DNA from: an uncultured Pseudobdellovibrionaceae bacterium
GTDB taxonomy: Bacteria; Pseudomonadota; Alphaproteobacteria; Micavibrionales; Micavibrionaceae
NCBI GenBank assembly: GCA_964384335.1
Contig: CAYLKN010000001.1
Coordinates: 38,496 to 102,495 of the forward strand
Reading direction: 5' to 3'
Length of the DNA: 64,000 bases
The notes beneath the pieces were generated by a model. The model saw only the letters and a list, made by a program, of their open reading frames with translations. It was not told the DNA's origin and ran no database searches. How positions within the stretch are numbered: the stretch's first letter is position 1; each line of letters starts with the position of its first letter. The position numbers were made by a program, and so were the translations under genes. Positions 35,488 through 44,700 of this stretch are shown here, piece by piece.

Positions 35488-36537
35488 TTACGGAGCGCCT
35501 ACAGTTGCAAGAAAACGAAAATTTGTGGCATTTACCTGTCTTTCCGCAGTTACATTCCGGTTGGCGTTAACATTTTCTCCGGCGGTTACATCTTCGTCTG
35601 CATTAACGTCTGTTTCAGCCAGAATCTGTCCGCCAACATGAAGTTTTGCGGTGGGCGAGCCGGTTCCTATCCCGACATTTGTGTCCATGTTGCGATTTGA
35701 AATGTTCAAATCTCCCCCGCTTGTCGTTACGAACCAGAGGCCGCTTTCTTTTCTTGCAAGTGTATAGGAGATGAGATCATCAAAATGGCTGGGTTCATTA
35801 CCTGTTGCCAGTTCCGCATATTCACCGTCCATGAATGTGATGGCGCCCTGATAGGATACGGTCGGAAGTTTATAATTGCAGTTCTCCAGATCAAGGGCTG
35901 ATCCATCACAAGATCTGGCATTTTCAACACCCGCCCTTGTGGTTGATCCTTTGCCGTCCGGTCCGTGACTGATAATTACAAAACCGTAGTCGTTGTCTAT
36001 CTCGTTACCCGTGCCATCCACGATTCTAATTCTCCCTGCATTTCCGTCAAAACTCGCATCATCTGTGAGTATTTCCGTTACTGCATAGGTCAGCTGATTG
36101 TCATAGGCATCAGTCATAAAATGAAAAGGCAGATTTAATGCGCTGACCGGCAAAGCCCCGATCACAACACGGGATCCCGGAGTACCATTATCAAAACCGT
36201 AAATGCCGCTTACGCTGTCATCACATGTTGTCTCATCAACGGATTGTAACTCGTTTCCAAAATTTATATCTCCGGATCGTAAGGACGCATCCGCAGGGCA
36301 TGGATAAAAACCGTTCACACGAAGATAATCGGCAAGGGCGGCATGAACCGTTTTAAAAATATGCTCCTGCTCCGCCTGGACTTTATGTTTTTTGTAGAGA
36401 TCAAAAGCTTTTACAAAACCTGCAAGAATAAAACCGAAAATTATCATGACAATGGCAAGTTCCACAAAAGTGAAACCGCGCTCACGGCTTTTATCTGTTT
36501 CTTTCTTTCGCTCCATCTTCATTTTCAAAATCTTCAT
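35488..36537 (-). CDS. Oversized GspG-like pseudopilin / type IV pilin-like protein, paralogue 2 (349 aa)
   Basis: Its prepilin signal is …KSRERG|FTFVELAIVMIIFGFILAG. It has ALADYLRVNGFYPCP, VIISHGPDGKG and a C-terminal hexad repeat. It is collinear with paralogue 1. Confidence 0.75.
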   Translation of the reverse strand: MKILKMKMERKKETDKSRERGFTFVELAIVMIIFGFILAGFVKAFDLYKKHKVQAEQEHIFKTVHAALADYLRVNGFYPCPADASLRSGDINFGNELQSVDETTCDDSVSGIYGFDNGTPGSRVVIGALPVSALNLPFHFMTDAYDNQLTYAVTEILTDDASFDGNAGRIRIVDGTGNEIDNDYGFVIISHGPDGKGSTTRAGVENARSCDGSALDLENCNYKLPTVSYQGAITFMDGEYAELATGNEPSHFDDLISYTLARKESGLWFVTTSGGDLNISNRNMDTNVGIGTGSPTAKLHVGGQILAETDVNADEDVTAGENVNANRNVTAERQVNATNFRFLATVGAP

Positions 36538-36578
36538 AATAGTCTCACTTTATTTCCATACTGTATAACTAACCGCAC

Positions 36579-37814
36579 TCACGGGCATGCCGGATTGGAA
36601 GAGTTGTTATAGCAAAATTTAGGTGCGATTACGGACTGTCCGGCCCTTACATCCTGATTTGCCCTTACATCCTGACTTGCGTTGACGTTGTTGTTCGCAC
36701 GGATATCATCACCGGCCCTAATATCTTCGCCGACCCTTACTCTGTCTTCAGGATCAAAAGCATTCTGACGTACGCCTATGGCCAGTCTTGCGTTCGCATT
36801 GAATATAAGATTGTTAACAGTGCCCGAAGCCGGTGCGTATTGCCATGTCTGGTCCTCACGAATGTATCCATATAATGAAAATTCTGTTCTGTCGTCGTAA
36901 TGACCGTTTGCATCCGCACTGGCCAGATCCGTAAATGGCATGCTTCTGAATTCGGCGTCATCGTCACAGTTTTCAAAGTCAAGTGCACTCGCGCCCGTGC
37001 ACGGAATACGGGTTCCGTTTTTGGCATATCCGCCTTTCCTGTCACGGCCGTGCGAAACAAGCACATAATGAACAGGCTCCGCCGTTGCATCAAAGCCGTT
37101 TTCGTCCACAACGGTTATGGCACCTGAATCGAGCGCGTCCGCAATTTCCTCAAAATTTTCGGGTACTGGTGCAAGACCGGCGGTGATTGTATCGAGCGCG
37201 GTTGAATTCTGGGTTACTGCGTAAGTGAATTTGCTGCCGTACACATCGACAGTATGATTGCTGTTCAGACATTTGTACCGATCGGGAAGGGAGACGGATG
37301 TGTTCTCGTTTGCGCCTGTTTCTTTTAAAACCTGGCTTGCATCATTAAGAAAATTCTGGATCGTTTCCTGTGTGTTGTCGGCCCATCCGTCAAACTGTCC
37401 GTCACCGCAGCCGAGAGTCTCATTAATATCCTTGAACGGTACTGTGCCGATCAGAACATTTTCTCCTCCCACACCTGCGGTTACTGTTAAATTAAGGCCG
37501 TCACAAATCCCGGATGCCGGATTGTAATCTCCTTCTCCAAAGTTTGTGTCCCCTTCCTGGAGCCTCGGGTCGGAAGGGCATGGATAAAAGCCGCGCACTC
37601 TGTAAAACTCCGCTATCCCTTCCTGTATTCTGTCTGTCCGCTGGTTCATAAGATAGCCGCTTACAAGAGTTTCAACTTTAAACATATGCGCCATGGCCGC
37701 TGTAAATATCCCAAGAATGATAATAACAACGGCAAGTTCGAGAAGAGTAAAGCCGGCTTCTTTGGCGGGTGATCCGTTCATTTCAACTTTATTTCCATAC
37801 CAGAATTTCAACAT
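36579..37814 (-). CDS. Oversized GspG-like pseudopilin / type IV pilin-like protein, paralogue 3 (411 aa)
   Basis: Its prepilin signal is …SPAKEAG|FTLLELAVVIIILGIFTAA, and an alternative ATG at 37781 gives a 10-aa leader. It has GIAEFYRVRGFYPCP, VLVSHGRDRKG, a C-terminal hexad repeat and a CYNNSSNPAC loop. Confidence 0.75.
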   Translation of the reverse strand: MLKFWYGNKVEMNGSPAKEAGFTLLELAVVIIILGIFTAAMAHMFKVETLVSGYLMNQRTDRIQEGIAEFYRVRGFYPCPSDPRLQEGDTNFGEGDYNPASGICDGLNLTVTAGVGGENVLIGTVPFKDINETLGCGDGQFDGWADNTQETIQNFLNDASQVLKETGANENTSVSLPDRYKCLNSNHTVDVYGSKFTYAVTQNSTALDTITAGLAPVPENFEEIADALDSGAITVVDENGFDATAEPVHYVLVSHGRDRKGGYAKNGTRIPCTGASALDFENCDDDAEFRSMPFTDLASADANGHYDDRTEFSLYGYIREDQTWQYAPASGTVNNLIFNANARLAIGVRQNAFDPEDRVRVGEDIRAGDDIRANNNVNASQDVRANQDVRAGQSVIAPKFCYNNSSNPACP

Positions 37815-37970
37815 ATACTTTCACATACCTCATATTGGGAAAATATAATTAATTTTCCGTAAACGCCTTATAAATTTAATAAATTATAGCATTGAAGACA
37901 GCAGTATTGAAAATTTTTGAATTACAGTGGAAGTTCATATATAAGTTCAGATCGACAAAAGAAAGATACC

Positions 37971-38777
37971 ATGGCAATTGACGTTTTTGAAAATGCGGGG
38001 AAAGGCATAAATGCAGTTTGGGATAACAGATCTGTTTTATTAAAGCTCGCGCTCATCCCCGTGTTGATAAAAATAGGCTGTCACGTGCTTATTTACATTA
38101 CACAGTTTCAGGATGAATTGTTATGGCAGGGAATTATAAGAATCCCGGATTTTGTTACAGAAGGCTGGCTTTTATGTATTCTGATATATCTTCTGTCTGC
38201 GGACGGTAATGATGCGCCTGACTCCGCTAAAAATGCGTTTAAGTCAATAAAAACAAACACAAAAGCAATTCAAGCCGGCGTTATCGCTTACGTACTGATC
38301 CAGTTGCTTGTGATCGGGTACAATGCGCTTTTGTTCGAGAATTTTGGGGAATATATGCGTGCAGGTCACGAAAATGAGATTGAAGAAGATGCCCAGGTCG
38401 GACCTGCACAGATTGCCCTTATGCTGTTCGCGTTTCTTGTTGTTATCGCCTTTTTCAAGTATCTGTGGCTTTACATTCCAATTGCCAGGGGATGGGGTCT
38501 GAGCGGGACGCTTCGTATGCTTGGCGGTAATGGTCTTTCGTTAAGATTCCTTTTTTTATGGGCACTGTGTATTGTTCCTGTTACGGTCATTTTTATCGGT
38601 GTTGTCGGTCTTATACTTGAAAATTCCGGAGGTGATCTTAGTTCTGCGCCTAAAGGCGTCAGTTTTGTGGTTTTGATTTTTCAATCCTTATACGAAACCA
38701 TAACGGCCCTGATTTTAACGTCCGCTTTCTTTTTCGCATTTCAAAGTCTCGATATGAAAGCGCGGGGTATAAACTGA
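37971..38777 (+). CDS. Hypothetical polytopic membrane protein
   Basis: It has about 6 hydrophobic helices. I prefer the ATG at 37971 over the TTG at 37917. I recognised no family. Confidence 0.5.
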   Translation: MAIDVFENAGKGINAVWDNRSVLLKLALIPVLIKIGCHVLIYITQFQDELLWQGIIRIPDFVTEGWLLCILIYLLSADGNDAPDSAKNAFKSIKTNTKAIQAGVIAYVLIQLLVIGYNALLFENFGEYMRAGHENEIEEDAQVGPAQIALMLFAFLVVIAFFKYLWLYIPIARGWGLSGTLRMLGGNGLSLRFLFLWALCIVPVTVIFIGVVGLILENSGGDLSSAPKGVSFVVLIFQSLYETITALILTSAFFFAFQSLDMKARGIN

Positions 38778-38793
38778 TTGTAAAAGGTAATAT

Positions 38794-39465
38794 ATGAGTC
38801 AGGATCCCAGAATTGAAACTGTCGAGAAAATCATGCCGAAGAGTGGGCATGTGTCTAAAATTGTTGTTTTTCTGCATGGTCTGGGTGCAGACGGAAAAGA
38901 TCTTATTGATATAGGTGCACATTGGCGGGACAGCCTTGATAACACGCTTTTCCTGTCCCCGGATGCTCCGTTTCCATGCGATATGGCACCTTACGGCCGT
39001 CAGTGGTTTTCCCTTCAGAACCGGAGCATCGAGACTATAAACGAAGGTGTGCGCAGTTCTGCCCCGGCATTAAACGTATTTCTTGATTCGTGTTTGAAAG
39101 AACATGGTCTGGATGCTGCTGATATGGCGGTTGTCGGCTTTTCACAAGGAACCATGATGGCGCTTTATTCACTTCCCCGGAGATTAAAGGCCTGTGCAGG
39201 TATTTTGGGCTATTCAGGTTTGCTTCCCAATGAGGCGGTTTTTGAAAAGGAATGTATTTCCAGGCCGCCGGTTGTTTTGGTTCACGGTAGAAACGACCAG
39301 GTTGTGCCGTATTTAGGAACAGAAAAAGCCTTCAGCGTTCTGAAAGCAAACAGTTTCGAAGTAAAAAAACATATACTGCCCGGTCTTGAACACGGTATTA
39401 ATCCTGAAGGGCTTGAGATCGGCAAGGACTTTCTGAGAACCCGCCTTGGTATACAGCAGCTTTGA
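38794..39465 (+). CDS. Phospholipase/carboxylesterase family alpha/beta hydrolase
   Basis: 223 aa with VVFLHGLGADGKDL, the nucleophile elbow GFSQGTMMAL and, late in the sequence, HG..D.VVP and EHGI. Confidence 0.8.
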   Translation: MSQDPRIETVEKIMPKSGHVSKIVVFLHGLGADGKDLIDIGAHWRDSLDNTLFLSPDAPFPCDMAPYGRQWFSLQNRSIETINEGVRSSAPALNVFLDSCLKEHGLDAADMAVVGFSQGTMMALYSLPRRLKACAGILGYSGLLPNEAVFEKECISRPPVVLVHGRNDQVVPYLGTEKAFSVLKANSFEVKKHILPGLEHGINPEGLEIGKDFLRTRLGIQQL

Positions 39466-39541
39466 TATTTAGCCTAAGGGCGCAATCAAAACGTCTGTTC
39501 CTAAAACCGGGGCAAAACTCGTAAATTTAAAGCCCCTGATT

Positions 39542-39569
39542 TTGAAAATCGGCATTTTTGAGGTATACT
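39542..39569 (+). promoter_or_regulatory. Sigma70-like promoter candidate upstream of the HNH gene
   Basis: TTGAAA-N16-TATACT lies about 80 nt upstream of the ATG at 39648. This is sequence pattern only. Confidence 0.3.
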
Positions 39570-39647
39570 GTGTATATGAACAGGGCCTTTACAAACGACT
39601 TGTTTTTCCATCTTTTAACGGCCCTCCCACCGTGAGGAGACTGTCTT

Positions 39648-40220
39648 ATGCTTGAATATTCCCGCCCTCTGGAGCAATGTCCAGCCCTTGTATTGAATGC
39701 GGACTTCAGACCTTTAAGCTACTTCCCGTTATCCCTTTGGTCGTGGCAGGATGCCATAAAGGCGATATTTAGAGATTCGGTTACGGTTATATCGGAGTAT
39801 GAACGTGTTGTTCGTTCACCAAGCTGGGTAATAAAGCTGCCCAGTGTTATAGCATTAAAAGACTACATACCGAACAACAGAGCCCCCGCATTTACGCGTT
39901 TTAATGTTTTTTTGAGAGATCAATGGGTTTGTCAGTATTGCGGTGACCAGTTCAAAACACCGGATCTGACTTTCGATCATGTGATTCCAAAAAGCAAAGG
40001 GGGGCGCACCACCTGGGAAAATATTGTTACGGCCTGCCAGGGCTGTAATACCTTAAAAGGAAACAAGGAGCCCGAAGTTTGCGGGATGCATCCCAGGACA
40101 AGGCCATACAGGCCCAGTATTCATCAGCTCCAAAGTAATGGCAGAAGTTTCCCCCCCAATTTTTTACATCAAAGCTGGGGGGATTTTTTATACTGGGACA
40201 CAGAATTGCAGGAATATTAA
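39648..40220 (+). CDS. HNH endonuclease family protein
   Basis: 190 aa. It reads CQYCGDQF…LTFDHVIPKSKGGRTTWENIVTACQGCNTLKGNK, an HNH motif with flanking Cys pairs. Confidence 0.85.
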   Translation: MLEYSRPLEQCPALVLNADFRPLSYFPLSLWSWQDAIKAIFRDSVTVISEYERVVRSPSWVIKLPSVIALKDYIPNNRAPAFTRFNVFLRDQWVCQYCGDQFKTPDLTFDHVIPKSKGGRTTWENIVTACQGCNTLKGNKEPEVCGMHPRTRPYRPSIHQLQSNGRSFPPNFLHQSWGDFLYWDTELQEY

Positions 40221-40260
40221 TTTCCCGCATCTGTTTTAAATCCCAAGGCTATATTTATGA

Positions 40261-41142
40261 TTACTGGCTTTCGCCGCCTGCTGGCATAATGTCTTGAAGC
40301 CGAATGTTAAGATTGTGTTTTCCTGCCGCTACAATCTCCATTGTTTCGGTGTCGTTCCCCAAAATCGCAAAGCCGTCGAGCGGAACCTGACCTCCGAATC
40401 CTGGCCTTTTGTTACCTGACTGCATAAGATCTTCCGGAACAAATTCCTCAATATCAATAACGAATGATCCATCGGAATTTTTGAAGGCGTCCGTTATATC
40501 TGCGGCGAACTCAACAACATTTGTCAATGTCCTTTTTTTAGGGCCATTGAATTCATAAGTTTTGTATCCAATTAACTTTAGTTCCATGGTTTCTGTATTC
40601 AGGGCGTTATCGGCAATCGTGATATTGAAAACAGGTTTAGTGTCCCGTCTTTCAATTCGAACAGGCGATATTCTGGTTTCATTTTCAAGTTTTGCAAACG
40701 TGCCAAGAACTTCATCCTGCTTATAACCGGCCACATCAACCGTCCCGTTGATTACGGCCTGCGGGGTATAGGTTTCGCCTCTGCTGATACGCATTGCATA
40801 GTTTAATTGCCTTTCTGAACAGAATTCGAGTGCAAAACCTTTGCTGTCCATGCCGTAGTAATCAACATGGCAAGAAAGGGCAAGGATATCTCTTTTATCC
40901 TGATTAATCTTCTGAATAACCCTGTCTGCTTTTGGACAAAATGTGCAGTCTGTCGAGGTAAAAAGCTCGATAACCTTAATTTCCGTTTCCATTTGATCGA
41001 TTCTGATATGTTCAAATGAAATTGGTTCATCAAAACCATGTGAAAACCCTGGCATAATGGATATTGTAAGAAATACCAGCAAACATAAAAATCTGGGGAT
41101 GTTTAACAAAACATTAATCTCGTTAATGGTAGACTTAATCAT
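40261..41142 (-). CDS. DUF1223-like thioredoxin-fold secreted protein with a C-terminal extension
   Basis: It has a signal peptide, then VIELFTSTDCTFCPKADR…LALSCHVDYY…YTPQAVINGT, which matches the DUF1223 pattern (ELFTSQGCSSCPPAD…HVDYW…). Confidence 0.7.
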   Translation of the reverse strand: MIKSTINEINVLLNIPRFLCLLVFLTISIMPGFSHGFDEPISFEHIRIDQMETEIKVIELFTSTDCTFCPKADRVIQKINQDKRDILALSCHVDYYGMDSKGFALEFCSERQLNYAMRISRGETYTPQAVINGTVDVAGYKQDEVLGTFAKLENETRISPVRIERRDTKPVFNITIADNALNTETMELKLIGYKTYEFNGPKKRTLTNVVEFAADITDAFKNSDGSFVIDIEEFVPEDLMQSGNKRPGFGGQVPLDGFAILGNDTETMEIVAAGKHNLNIRLQDIMPAGGESQ

Positions 41143-41689
41143 GGCCGTGAAACGTATTTTAAAAATTAGACTAAAATTTATTTCTAATGTGTTATATTAC
41201 ATAACACCTGTAATTCTCGCAAGTTTTCTTGTTATCTGTCTGTATGGTACATCATATGCAACTATTATTCCGCAGAAAAATGGAGCCGATGCAGAATCTT
41301 CCCAAAGCTCTTCGGAAAGTTCAGTGGAAGAGGATGACAAAACGAATACGCATGATGGTCTGGGCGTGATCGAGTATCATTTACAGGCGATTAAAAACAA
41401 ATATGAATCTCAGCTTTGGCAGACATTGACACTCCGAAAGCAAAAAGAATATGCCTCTCCCTCAAGTTACTGGAGATATGTACAAAATGAGTATAAGCCG
41501 CTGAAAAGGCATATATCCTTCAGTCTTCTGGGAATCGAAACACAAGGAGATAATCAGATTTATAAAATTATGATATTTGGCAGAGACGGGAAATCAACAC
41601 TAGCCATTTTCAGGCTTAAGGTCAGCCATGACGGCCTTTGGAAGATAGATGACCTAAAAATTATTGGGGGCGAGGAAACCCCGATTTAA
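41141..41689 (+). CDS. Hypothetical membrane-anchored or secreted protein with an acidic Ser-rich linker and a small C-terminal alpha+beta domain
   Basis: The ATG at 41141 gives MAVKRILKIRLKFISNVLYYITPVILASFLVICLYGTSYA… as a signal/anchor. The C-terminus (…IMIFGRDGKSTLAIFRLKVSHDGLWKIDDLKII) looks NTF2-like, but I am not confident of that. Confidence 0.5.
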   Translation: MAVKRILKIRLKFISNVLYYITPVILASFLVICLYGTSYATIIPQKNGADAESSQSSSESSVEEDDKTNTHDGLGVIEYHLQAIKNKYESQLWQTLTLRKQKEYASPSSYWRYVQNEYKPLKRHISFSLLGIETQGDNQIYKIMIFGRDGKSTLAIFRLKVSHDGLWKIDDLKIIGGEETPI

Positions 41690-41781
41690 TTCTTAATACC
41701 CATTTCGCTTATTAAAATATTAACCTTGACGCACTATCTATTTAATGTGGAAGTTATCGGCATAATTTAGACAAGGTTTCA

Positions 41782-44700
41782 ATGCGTTTATTTTTCTCAG
41801 TATTGTTATTCAGTGTTTCATTTTTTGTATTGTCTGTTCCGGGCTTTATTGCGGGCCAGGGTCAAATTTCATTTGCGCAGTCATTTCCCGAATTCACTGT
41901 AACGCTCAATTCACGCGAACGTGCCTACAGTATTGTGGACAAGGCTCATTATATTAAAGACAATGACAAAACTCTGTCACTTGAGGATGCACGTAACATC
42001 TTTTTTGAAAAAAGACGTTATGAACTGCCAGGCAAAGGCCTGATAAAAACGCTTGAGAACAATTCAACTTACTGGCTTTTAGTGAATATTGAAAACAGAA
42101 CGTCTCATGAAGAATGGATTTTGGATTTCGGTGATGTTTTCAAAGGACGAAACGGTAGTTTCAAAGATATAAAAATATACGATGCAAATTCGGGTGCAAT
42201 ACAATTTGATCTCAATGAAAACAAAGACCAAACTTTGCTTGAGGGAATTTCTTTCAGTATCCCCCCTGGTGAGGACAAGCTTGCGGCGTTAAAAATTTCA
42301 TCCCAGGGTTTTTTTCCGGTAATTCATAATTTAACCGTTCTGGCCCCAAACAACTATATTACAGAACAATCCGCCAAGTTTACCTTTGCTAATCTGGTGA
42401 TGTTTCTGCTTGCGTTACTGTTTTTTGTCTATCTGTATTGCTTTTTGATAACTAAAAATCAGGCCCATCTTTATTTTGCCGGATATTTCATTTTTGCTTT
42501 ATTTTCCCTGATTTTTTATGAGGCTGTCTTTTCTTTGCCGGACTGGCTATCAACTGCTTTATCTCCAATCCTTCTATCCGGGCTCGCGATTTGCGCATTG
42601 GGGTATCATAAGGAAAACTATGAAAATGTTCTTGGGCTTAGAATTGGCCAACTGTTAATTCATACGCTGGCCGGATCTTTTGTAATTCTTGCAATTGCCT
42701 CATTTATAACCGGATTTGGAATATTTTTTATTCCCGCCTTTTTCCATGTTCTCCTTCTTGCACTGCTTGTGTTCAATGCCGTGCTGGCCTTTACTGACCA
42801 TAATCGGGCCCGAGAAAGTAACTACGTCGAAACTGCGGGATGGTTGGCGGCGTTTGCCGGCTATTTTCTGACCGCAGGTGCAAGTTATGGCGTTCTGCCT
42901 TTTTCTCCGGGCTTCCTTCTGCCTGCATTCTGGATTGGCGTTATCATTCAGGGATTGCTTAACATTGCGGACCACAGAAATCTTTTCAGTATGGGAGATG
43001 AAGACGCTTTATCGAGAGGTAAAAAACAGATTCTCCCGATGCAGGAGCAGCTTGAGGCTTTGATACAGGAAAAGGAAAATACGGAATATAAAAGACTTCT
43101 CCGTGTAGTGGATAGGGAGCGAAAAATGATGGCGCGCCTGCGGGAACGTGAAGTCGAGCAGACGGAAGAAATGAGAGCGGCAAAGGAAGCCGCTGATGAG
43201 GCTAACCGCTCCAAATCCGCCTTTCTTGCTGTTATAAGCCATGAAATACGGACACCGATGACGGGTATTATGGGCATGGTTAAGCTTCTGCAGGACAGTA
43301 AGTTAACGAAAGAACAACATGAATATGCTGCAACAATCGAGGAATCGGGCGATGCAATGCTTTCTTTGTTAAACGACCTTCTTGATTTTGAAAAAATTGA
43401 GAGCGGCAAGATTGAACTTGAACTTATTGATTTTGACTTGCACCGCCTTATACAAAGCATCGTAACTCTGATGAGAGGCCATGCCTCTATCAAATCCAAT
43501 ACAATCAAGGCGGATTTAGATGAAAGTGTTCCGCGATACGTTAAGGGTGATCCGAAAAGACTTAAGCAGGTTCTTTTGAATTTATCCGGGAATGCCATTA
43601 AATTTACGGAGAACGGCAGTATCAGGATACAAGTCAAAAGTCTGGATGAAGATAAGGACGAAACAAAAGATATGCACAGTCTTTATTTTTCAGTAGAAGA
43701 TACAGGCATTGGTATATCGAAAGACGCCCAGTCAAATCTTTTCAATCCTTTCACTCAGGCTGATCCGAGTATTTCCAGAAAATATGGAGGTACAGGTCTG
43801 GGTCTTGCAATATCCCAGAGACTTATCCAGGCAATGGGCGGATATATTGCGGTTAACAGTACTGAGAGGGAAGGAAGTACGTTTTTCTTTACAATCAGCC
43901 TGCCCAGGGGCAGAAGCGAGCAGGTTGAAATCCTGGAAACGGAAGATGACGGACAGGGGGACAGAGAAGGTATTCCCCTTAAAATTCTTGTGGTTGACGA
44001 TAACAGGATCAATCAGAAAGTGATGATAGGCCTTCTTGAGCGCGTCGGGCATTCCGTGGTGGCCATAGGAACCGCTGTTGAAGCTTTGCAGAAGGTTGAG
44101 CAGGAGATCTGGGATGTTGTCCTCATGGATATTGAATTGCCGAATATGAGAGGGGATGAAGTTGCGAAACGCATAATTGCCAATAAAAATCCGGATGTTT
44201 CTGACACGCCAATAATTGCACTGACCGGAAACGTGGATGATGAGGATGCAAAATCATACAGGGAAGCAGGCATGATTGATGTAATCGGCAAACCCGCAAA
44301 GCCTGAGACGTTAAACAGGGTGCTCTCTAAAATCCAGCCAAGGTCCGGAAAATTCCAGGAGTCTGAAAGACCAGGAAATAACATGAAAGGTAAAACGGGA
44401 GCAAAAATGGGGAATTCTCTGGTTTCTTCTTCCGACTTGCGAGAAGAAACACTCGTTGTTGGCGACGACGGTGAAATGCGGCACACGGCATATAAACTAA
44501 CGGAAAACGATGACGATAAGTCTTTTGCAAAAATTAATGAAGCCTTTGATCTGGAAGATGACGAAGACTCTGACACCGATCAGCAACAGCCAAAACGTCA
44601 GACTGATGAAAACAGGGCTGCGGATGATGGAGAAGGGATGAGCGCGGAAGAAATCTTCAATGTTGAAATGCTTCAGAGCCTCAAGGATTACATGGATAAA

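Noticed and set aside
32149-37814. The pseudopilin and calcium-loop-protein block might be a mobile genomic island.
   Set aside because: I found no integrase, transposase, flanking tRNA or direct repeats. By eye the composition does not differ obviously from the neighbours. It is better treated as a chromosomal accessory locus until compositional statistics are computed.
39466-39647. The 182-nt gap before the HNH gene was checked for a small RNA or leader peptide, for example the 19-codon ORF starting at about 39576.
   Set aside because: I saw no stable conserved-looking structure or terminator. The mini-ORF has no RBS. Only a sigma70-like promoter pattern is reported, at low confidence.
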